From Alphaproteobacteria bacterium (lineage in GTDB: Bacteria > Pseudomonadota > Alphaproteobacteria > Bin95), in NCBI GenBank assembly GCA_965205265.1, contig CBDBGH010000003.1, positions 4,000,001 through 4,064,000 on the forward strand: 64,000 nt of DNA, written 5' to 3'. Positions 57,465 through 64,000 of the stretch are shown here, piece by piece (position 1 is the stretch's first letter; each line of letters starts with the position of its first letter). Position numbers and translations under genes: made by a program. A model generated the notes under the pieces. That model ran no database searches. It was not told where the DNA came from and worked only from the letters and a program-made list of their open reading frames with translations.

Positions 57465-57818
57465 TCAATTCGGCGTGGGAGACGAAACCGCCTCGTCCTT
57501 CAGGTCGACCAGGAGGCGAGCTTCTCTCTCCACCCTGGCCCGGATATAGGGGCTAAGGTCGCCCCTGGTCCTCAGGTCCACCTTCCGGCCGCCGAAAAGC
57601 GGGGACAGGTCCAATTCGAGGCGGGCCACACCGATCAGGCCGATCCTGGTTTCCGGGCGAAACTCGACCAGCAGGTCGATGTCGCTGGCGGCATGGAAGT
57701 CGCTGCGCAGCGCCGACCCGAACAGCGCCAGCGTCGCGATTCCACGGTCCCGGCAAAAGGCGGAAAGATCGCCCGGGCCGGGGACATGCGGGTGCTGACG
57801 AGGCGGCGCCGGCTCCAT
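57465..57818 (-). CDS. MntA-like minimal nucleotidyltransferase antitoxin
   Basis: LFGSALRSDFHAASDIDL (GSX10DXD), GRKVDL. Confidence 0.87.
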   Translation of the reverse strand: MEPAPPRQHPHVPGPGDLSAFCRDRGIATLALFGSALRSDFHAASDIDLLVEFRPETRIGLIGVARLELDLSPLFGGRKVDLRTRGDLSPYIRARVEREARLLVDLKDEAVSSPTPN

Positions 57819-57983
57819 GGCTTTGTCCTGCCTCCTGCAAGAGTTCCCCATTATACCGTTGGGGAGCGGAAGCTGTGAAGGCCGTCCCCCCGACTGCCGG
57901 CGGACAATACAAGGGCCGTAATTGCGGAGCATCGGCCATGCCTCAATGCTATTCTCAAACGGAAGCTGAGAGGGGGCGGAGGG

Positions 57984-58463
57984 ATGGACGAGGCCGCCGA
58001 CATTGCGCTTACCGTCAACGGCGAAGCGGTTTCCGGGCGCGTCGAGGCGCGGCGGCACCTGGTGGACTTCCTGCGGCTCGATCTCGGCCTCACCGGGTCC
58101 CATCTCGGCTGCGAGCACGGCGTCTGTGGGGCTTGCACGGTCCGGGTGGACGGCGCCATCGTCCGCGGCTGCCTGATGCTGGCCGTCCAGGCCGACGGGG
58201 CGGATGTGTGGACGATCGAGGGCCTGTCGGACACGGGTGGGATCGCCGACCTCCAGGACGCCTTCGTGGCGCGCAATGCGCTCCAGTGCGGCTATTGCAC
58301 GCCCGGCATGCTGCTGACCGCGGCGGAGATGCTGAAGGCCGGCCGCAGGATGACGCGGCGGGAAATCCGGGAGTTCCTTTCCGGCAATTTCTGCCGCTGC
58401 ACCGGCTATCACGCCATTGTCGATGCCATAGAGGCGGTCATGGCGGAGCGTTTCCGTGACTGA
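57984..58463 (+). CDS. CoxS-like [2Fe-2S] subunit
   Basis: GCEHGVCGACT, QCGYCTPG, GNFCRCTGY. Confidence 0.94.
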   Translation: MDEAADIALTVNGEAVSGRVEARRHLVDFLRLDLGLTGSHLGCEHGVCGACTVRVDGAIVRGCLMLAVQADGADVWTIEGLSDTGGIADLQDAFVARNALQCGYCTPGMLLTAAEMLKAGRRMTRREIREFLSGNFCRCTGYHAIVDAIEAVMAERFRD

Positions 58464-60812
58464 CCGGCCGGAAGCCGTCGGGCGGCCCCTGCCGCGCAGC
58501 GGCGCAAGGCGGCTTGCCGCCGGGCGCGGCAGATATGCCGACGACCTCCGCTTCCCCGGATTGCTCCACCTCGCCTTCGTCAGGAGCCCGCACGCGCATG
58601 CCCGGATCGTGAAGATCGATCCCGCGCCGGCGCTCGCCGCGGTGCCGGGCGCAAGGGTGTTCACCGGGGCCGACATCGCGGCGGTCTGCACGCCCTGGCA
58701 GGGGAAAATGGACCATCTGCCGACCCTGGTCTCGCCGCCGCAGCACGCCGTCGCGGTGGACCGCGCCGTGTGGCAGGGCGAGCCCGTCGCCGCGGTCGCC
58801 GCCGCCAGCCGCGCGCTCGCCGAAGACGCCGCAGCCGCCGTCGCGGTCGAGTGGGAGCCGCTGCCGGCTGCCGCAGTCCGCGACCGCACGCTGGACGAGG
58901 ACGCCGCGCCGGCCCATCCCGAGCTCGGCGGCAATCTCGCCTATGCCGCCGCGATCCGGGCCGGCGACCCGGAAGCCGCGCTTGCCGGGGCGGCGCATGT
59001 CGTAGAGGGCCGCTTCTCCTTCGCGCGCCATACCGGCGTGCCGCTCGAACCGAGGACCGTGATCGCCGACTACGACCCGGGCGAAGGCCGGCTCACCGTC
59101 CATGGCAGCCACCAGGCGCCCTGGCACCAGCAGGACACGCTGTCGCGCCATCTCGGCATCCCCGAACACCTCGTCCGCGTGGTGACGCCCGATATCGGCG
59201 GCGGGTTCGGCATCAAGCTGCATATCTACGGAGAGGAGATCGCGGTCTCGGCCGTCAGCCGGATCCTCGGCCGGCCGGTCAAATATGCCGCCGACCGGCT
59301 GGAATCCTTCGTCAGCGACATCCAGGCCCGCGACCAGAGGGTGGAGGCGCGGCTCGGCGTGGACGCGGACGGGGGCATCAAGGGGCTTACGGTGGATGCG
59401 CTCTCCTCCTTCGGCGCTTTCGCTTCCTACGGCCGGGCGCCCGTCAATGAAGGCATGATGACGATCTCGATGGCCGGCGGCCCCTATGCCAACGAACATT
59501 ATGAGGGCCGGCTGCGCATCGCCTTCCAGAACAAGCCGCCGTCCGGCATGTACCGCGCGGTCGGCCAGCCGATCGCCTGCGCGGTGACCGAGCAGCTTGT
59601 CGATTGGGCGGCCCACGCCGCCGGCATCGACCCGGTGGAGATGCGCCGGCGCAACTACTGGGCCGGGGACGCCTTTCCGCTGAGGACGCCCGGCGGCATC
59701 GCCATGGACCGCCTGAGCCTCGGGCAATGCCTCACAGGCTGGTCTCCATGATGCGCTACGACGCGCTGCGGGCCGAGCAGGCGGCGCTGCGCCGGAACGG
59801 GGTCTATCGCGGCATCGGAGTTGCCACCTTCCTCGAAATGACCGCCATCGGCGCGGAGCGCTACGGCCCGGCCGGCGCCCGCATCAGCACCCAGGACGGC
59901 GCGACGGTACGGCTCGAACCGTCGGGCCGGGTGCGCTGCGTCACCTCCGTCATCGAGATCGGGCAGGGAACCCTGAGCGCGCTCGCGCAGATCGTCGCCG
60001 ACCGGCTGGGCGTCGCCCCGGAGGATGTCGGCGTGGTGGGCGGCGACACGGCGCTCGCCCCCTATGGCGGCGGCGCCTGGGCTTCGCGCGGGCTGACCAT
60101 AGGCGGCGAGGCGGCCTGGCGCGCGGCGGAGGGCCTGCGCCGGAACGTCCTCGAACTCGCCGGCTCGATACTCCAGGCCGATCCGGCCACGCTCGACCTT
60201 GCCGGCGGCGCGGTCTCGGACCGGGCGACGGGAGAGGCCCGGATGACGCTCGCCGAAATCGGGCGCATCGGCCATTTCCGCCAGGACACCCTGCCGCCGG
60301 GCGTGCAGCCGGAGCTCGCCGTCACCCGCCACTACGCGCCCGACGACGTGCCCTTCGCGCTCGCCAACGGCGTGCAGGGCTCGTCGCTGGAGGTCGATAT
60401 CGAGACCGGCGCGGTCAGGCTGCTGGACCACTGGGTGGTCGAGGATTGCGGGCGGATCGTCAATCCGCTGCTGGTCGAGGAGCAGATCAGGGGCGGTGTC
60501 GTGCAGGGCATCGGCGGGGCGCTGTTCGAGGAATGCCGCTATGACGAGCACGGCCAGTTGCTGAACGGCAGCCTCGCCGACTACCTGGTTCCGATGGCGG
60601 CGGAACTGCCCGACATCCATGTCGGCCATGTCGAAACGCCGCTGAGCGGCACCCTGCTCGGCGCCAAGGGGGCGGGCGAGGCCGGGACGGTCGGCGCGCC
60701 GGCGGCCGTCCTGCTCGCGGTGAACGACGCTCTGAGGCCGCTCGGCGCGCAGGTCTCGAGCCTGCCGATCACGCCCGAGGCCGTGCTGAACGCCATCGCG
60801 GCGGCGGCCTGA
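58456..60812 (+). pseudogene. CoxL/xanthine dehydrogenase-family molybdopterin subunit, frameshifted near 59733
   Basis: RSPHAHA, GGGFGIK, YRAVG in one frame; GAWASRG, GAKGAGE in another; CTC-AC-AGG suggests a single-base loss. Confidence 0.85.
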
Positions 60813-60832
60813 CGGGCGGGCGGGGCAATCGG

Positions 60833-61825
60833 GTGGCGGAAGAGGCCCGCAGGTCCGTTCGCTTCCTTTCCGGGTCCGACCTCGACAGGCTCGGCCTTGG
60901 CATGGGCGAACTGGTGGACATTCTGGAGGCGGCGTTCTGGGCGAAAGCGGCCGGCGGGGTTGCGATGCCGCCCAAGATCTTCTTCCACCGGGACGGGCCG
61001 CGCTTCTACAGCGCGATGGTCTCGGCCAGCCCGGCGCTCGGCTATGCCGGATGCAAGTGGCAGAGCGGCGACCCGGACAATCCGGCGAGCGGCCTGCCCT
61101 ATATCCAGGGCCTCTACATCCTGACCGAGGACGCCACGGGGCGCATGCGCGCCGTGATGGACGCGGAATGGATCACCGGCCGGCGCACAGCCGCCGCCTC
61201 CGCGCTGGTCATCCGGCATCTGGCGAAGGCGGGCGCCCGCACCCTCGGCATTCTCGGCTGCGGCCTGCAGGCGCGGGCCCATCTGGAGGCTGTCCATGCC
61301 GTCCGGCCCGGGATCGACCGCTGTGTGTGCTACGACACCGTCCCCGAACGCCGGCAACGCTTCGTCGCGGAGATGACGGGGCAGTTCGGCTTCGCCTCCG
61401 TCGAGGGCATGGACGGGCCCGAGGAGGTCGCACGCCGCGCCGATGTGCTGGTGACCGGCGGGCCGATCGAGAAGGACCGCCGGCCCGTCATCCGGCCGGA
61501 CTGGATCGGGGCCGGCGCGCTGGTCGTCACCATCGACTATGACAGCTATGTCACCGACGAGGCGATCCGGGCGATGGACCTGCTGCTGACCGACGATTTC
61601 GGCCAGATCGAGGATGCGCGGCGGCACGAGGGGAAGTTCCCGGCGGTGGACCGGGTGGATGCGACGCTCGCGGAACTGGTGGCGCATGGCAGGGGCGCGC
61701 GGGCCTCCGATACGCAGCGGATTCTCGTCTTCAATCTCGGCATCGCGCTGGAGGACCTGGCCGTGGCGGTCGAGCTCCTGAAGCGGGCCGAACGGAGCGG
61801 CGCCGGGACGATGCTGCCCCTTTAG
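60833..61825 (+). CDS. Ornithine cyclodeaminase/mu-crystallin family protein
   Basis: ITGRRTAAAS, ILGCGLQA, GIALEDLA. Confidence 0.9.
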   Translation: MAEEARRSVRFLSGSDLDRLGLGMGELVDILEAAFWAKAAGGVAMPPKIFFHRDGPRFYSAMVSASPALGYAGCKWQSGDPDNPASGLPYIQGLYILTEDATGRMRAVMDAEWITGRRTAAASALVIRHLAKAGARTLGILGCGLQARAHLEAVHAVRPGIDRCVCYDTVPERRQRFVAEMTGQFGFASVEGMDGPEEVARRADVLVTGGPIEKDRRPVIRPDWIGAGALVVTIDYDSYVTDEAIRAMDLLLTDDFGQIEDARRHEGKFPAVDRVDATLAELVAHGRGARASDTQRILVFNLGIALEDLAVAVELLKRAERSGAGTMLPL

Positions 61826-61833
61826 CCGCCGTG

Positions 61834-62829
61834 TCAGGGCAGGAGCAGGATCTTGCCGATATGCGCGCTCGATTCCATCAGCCGGTGGGCCTCCGCGGCC
61901 TGCTCGAGCGGGAAGCGCGCATGGGTCACGGCGCGGAACTCGCCCGAGGCGAAACGCGGCCAGGCATAGTCCGAAACCTCCTTGCAGATGCGGCCCTTCT
62001 CCTCGACGGAGCGCGGCCGCAGCATCGAGCCGGTCACGACCAGCTGCTTGCGCTGGACGAGGCCGAAATTCACGAGCGCCTCCGAGCCCTGCATGAAAGC
62101 CACGAAGCAGAGCCGCCCGCCATGGTTCAGCAGTTCGAGCTGGCGCGCGATGTAGTCTCCGCCCACCATGTCGAGAATGACATCGGCCCCGCCCGCCGCC
62201 TCGCGCGCGGCCGCGACGAAATCCTCCTCGCGGTAGTCGATCGCCCGGTCGGCGCCGAGCGCCTCGCAGGCCGCCACCTTCTCCGCGCTGCCCGCGGTCG
62301 CCAGCACGGTGCAGCCCCAGGCCTTCGCGAGCTGGATCGCGGTCGTGCCGATGCCGCTGGAGCCGCCCTGCACCAGGAAGGTCTCGCCCGGCTTGAGGGC
62401 GCAGGCCTGGAAGACATTGGCCCAGACGGTGGCGTAGGTCTCCGGCAGGCCGCCCGCGTCGATGAGGTCCACGCCGTCGGGCACGGGCATGCACTGAACG
62501 GCCGGCACGGCGGTGTATTCGCAATAGCCGTCGCCGGAGAGCAGCGCGCAGACCGGCTCGCCCACCGCCCGGCCCTCGACGCCCTCGCCGATGCCGGCCA
62601 CGGTGCCCGAGCATTCGAGCCCGATGATGTCGGAGGCGCCCGGCGGCAGCGGGTAGCTGCCCGCGCGCTGCATGCAGTCCGCCCGGTTGACGCCGGCGGC
62701 CGCGATGCGGATGAGCACCTCCCCGGGGCCGGGCCGGGGCACCGGGCGGCGTCCGGGCACCAGCGCCTCCGGGCCGCCGGGGACGGGGGTTTCGACAACG
62801 GTCATTTCGGCGGGCAATGCGTTGGCCAT
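61834..62829 (-). CDS. NAD(P)H-quinone oxidoreductase (PIG3 family)
   Basis: AAGVNRAD, GGSSGIGT, HIGKILL. Confidence 0.92.
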   Translation of the reverse strand: MANALPAEMTVVETPVPGGPEALVPGRRPVPRPGPGEVLIRIAAAGVNRADCMQRAGSYPLPPGASDIIGLECSGTVAGIGEGVEGRAVGEPVCALLSGDGYCEYTAVPAVQCMPVPDGVDLIDAGGLPETYATVWANVFQACALKPGETFLVQGGSSGIGTTAIQLAKAWGCTVLATAGSAEKVAACEALGADRAIDYREEDFVAAAREAAGGADVILDMVGGDYIARQLELLNHGGRLCFVAFMQGSEALVNFGLVQRKQLVVTGSMLRPRSVEEKGRICKEVSDYAWPRFASGEFRAVTHARFPLEQAAEAHRLMESSAHIGKILLLP

Positions 62830-62887
62830 CTCGGTCCATTCCGGGTAAAGGGCAGGGGCCGGCGACATTCGCAAGCGGAGGCCCGCC

Positions 62888-63073
62888 ATGCAAGACGAAG
62901 ACGAGAAACCCCGCCCGCCGGACTACACCCTCGGCGACGACCTCTCCCGGCTCTCGGTGGGGGACCTGGAGGAACTCGCCGCCCGGCTCCGCGCCGAAGC
63001 CGACCGCGTCGATGAGGAGCGGGAGCGCAAGAAAAGCGCCATCGGCGGCGCTGCGGCCCTGTTCAGGAACTGA
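62888..63073 (+). CDS. DUF1192 family protein
   Basis: LGDDLSRLSVGDLEE...AAALF. Confidence 0.85.
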   Translation: MQDEDEKPRPPDYTLGDDLSRLSVGDLEELAARLRAEADRVDEERERKKSAIGGAAALFRN

Positions 63074-63087
63074 GGCGGGCCCCGCAT

Positions 63088-63192
63088 CGTCACCCCGGAC
63101 TACGATCCGGGGTCCATCCTGCACCGGTTCCGCCCGGCGTGACGGTCCGGAGATGGGTCCCGGCTCTCCGCTGCGCTCCGGCCGGGACGACG
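63088..63192. repeat. CGTC-type REP heterodimer
   Basis: CGTCACCCCGGACTACGATCCGGGGTCCA and inverted TGGGTCCCGGC...GCCGGGACGACG. Confidence 0.7.
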
Positions 63193-63282
63193 AAGGGGGA
63201 AGGGCCGCAGCCTTGTTCAAGAAGCGGGCCGGGCGTGCTAGCATCGGCAGCGAAACCGAACGCAAGCGGAGGGCCGCGGGCC

Positions 63283-63483
63283 GTGAGAATCAAGGTCGAT
63301 CCCGATCTCTGCGAAGGGCACAACCGCTGTTTCGCGCTGGCGCCGGACCTGTTCGAGGTCGATGACTACGGGCTGTCCAGCGCGCTGAACGACGGCGCGG
63401 TGCCGCCCGGCCGCGAAGAGCAGGCCCGGCTCGCCATCGACAATTGTCCCGAATTCGCGATTTCGGTCGTGGACGAGGACTGA
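63283..63483 (+). CDS. Small [3Fe-4S]-type ferredoxin
   Basis: CEGHNRC...NCPEFAI; upstream of the P450. Confidence 0.88.
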   Translation: MRIKVDPDLCEGHNRCFALAPDLFEVDDYGLSSALNDGAVPPGREEQARLAIDNCPEFAISVVDED

Positions 63484-63497
63484 CGGGGGACAAGCTT

Positions 63498-64000
63498 ATG
63501 ACCGACGCGCCGGAAACCTGTCCGGTCCACGACTGGGCGACCGACTACGACATTTTCGACCCCGGCTATGTGCGCGACCCGGCGCCGGTCTGGGACGAGT
63601 TGCGCGAGCGCTGCCCGATTGCGCACACGACGCGCTGGGGCGGCTCCTGGCTGCCGACCCGCTACGAGGACCTGCAGGCGATGGTCAAGATGGTGCCGGC
63701 GCTCTCCTCGCGCTCGACCGTGGTGGTGCCGCCGCCGCCCGAGCTGCGCGAGGTGCTGGTGGCGGAGGCGAAGAAATACGGCAGCGAGAGCCCGCCGATC
63801 ACCGCCGATCCGCCGGAGCACAGGCCCTTCCGGCGGCTGGTCCTGCCCTTCTTCTCGCCGCGCGCGGTGGAGGCGCAGATCCCCTACACGCGCGAACTCT
63901 GCAACAGCCTGATCGACGGCTTCGCGGGCAGGGGCGAGGCGGATGCGGCCGCGGACTATGCGCAGCAGATCACGCCGCGCGTCATCGCGCACATCCTCGG
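63498..64000 (+). CDS. Cytochrome P450 (3' partial)
   Basis: MTDAPETCPVHDW...ELRERCP..., TRYED, DPPEHRPFRRLV, FSPRAV. Confidence 0.88.
   Translation, partial: MTDAPETCPVHDWATDYDIFDPGYVRDPAPVWDELRERCPIAHTTRWGGSWLPTRYEDLQAMVKMVPALSSRSTVVVPPPPELREVLVAEAKKYGSESPPITADPPEHRPFRRLVLPFFSPRAVEAQIPYTRELCNSLIDGFAGRGEADAAADYAQQITPRVIAHIL

Noticed and set aside
1-64000. tRNA or rRNA genes, including an att-site tRNA near the integrase remnant
   Set aside because: No cloverleaf or rRNA signature recognised by eye; tRNAscan-SE would be needed to exclude one.

Overview
High-GC alphaproteobacterial chromosome segment, probably spanning the replication origin (dnaQ-coaE-aroE-maf-ppsR <oriC> hemE-hemH-hemJ). 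It carries the end of a nitrous-oxide reductase cluster (nosFYLX plus a cytochrome c), housekeeping and sugar-nucleotide genes, an N-heterocycle/amide catabolic cluster, four solitary toxin-antitoxin-like cassettes and CGTC-type REP palindromes. The main finding is a 10,939-bp unit (40895-51833) that splits a carbamoylase gene and is flanked by a 5-bp ATTAC direct repeat. Its right part is a complete IS1380-family element. Its left end is a degenerate copy of that IS's terminal repeat, which cuts through a tyrosine-integrase gene. This is the signature of ISEcp1-style one-ended transposition, and the cargo is a type I-C CRISPR-Cas locus. The locus has cas3 truncated, cas5 and most of cas8c deleted with the Cas11 portion retained, cas7/4/1/2, and a 20-repeat array interrupted by an ISKra4-family element. 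Gene calls rest on motif recognition only; no database searches were run.
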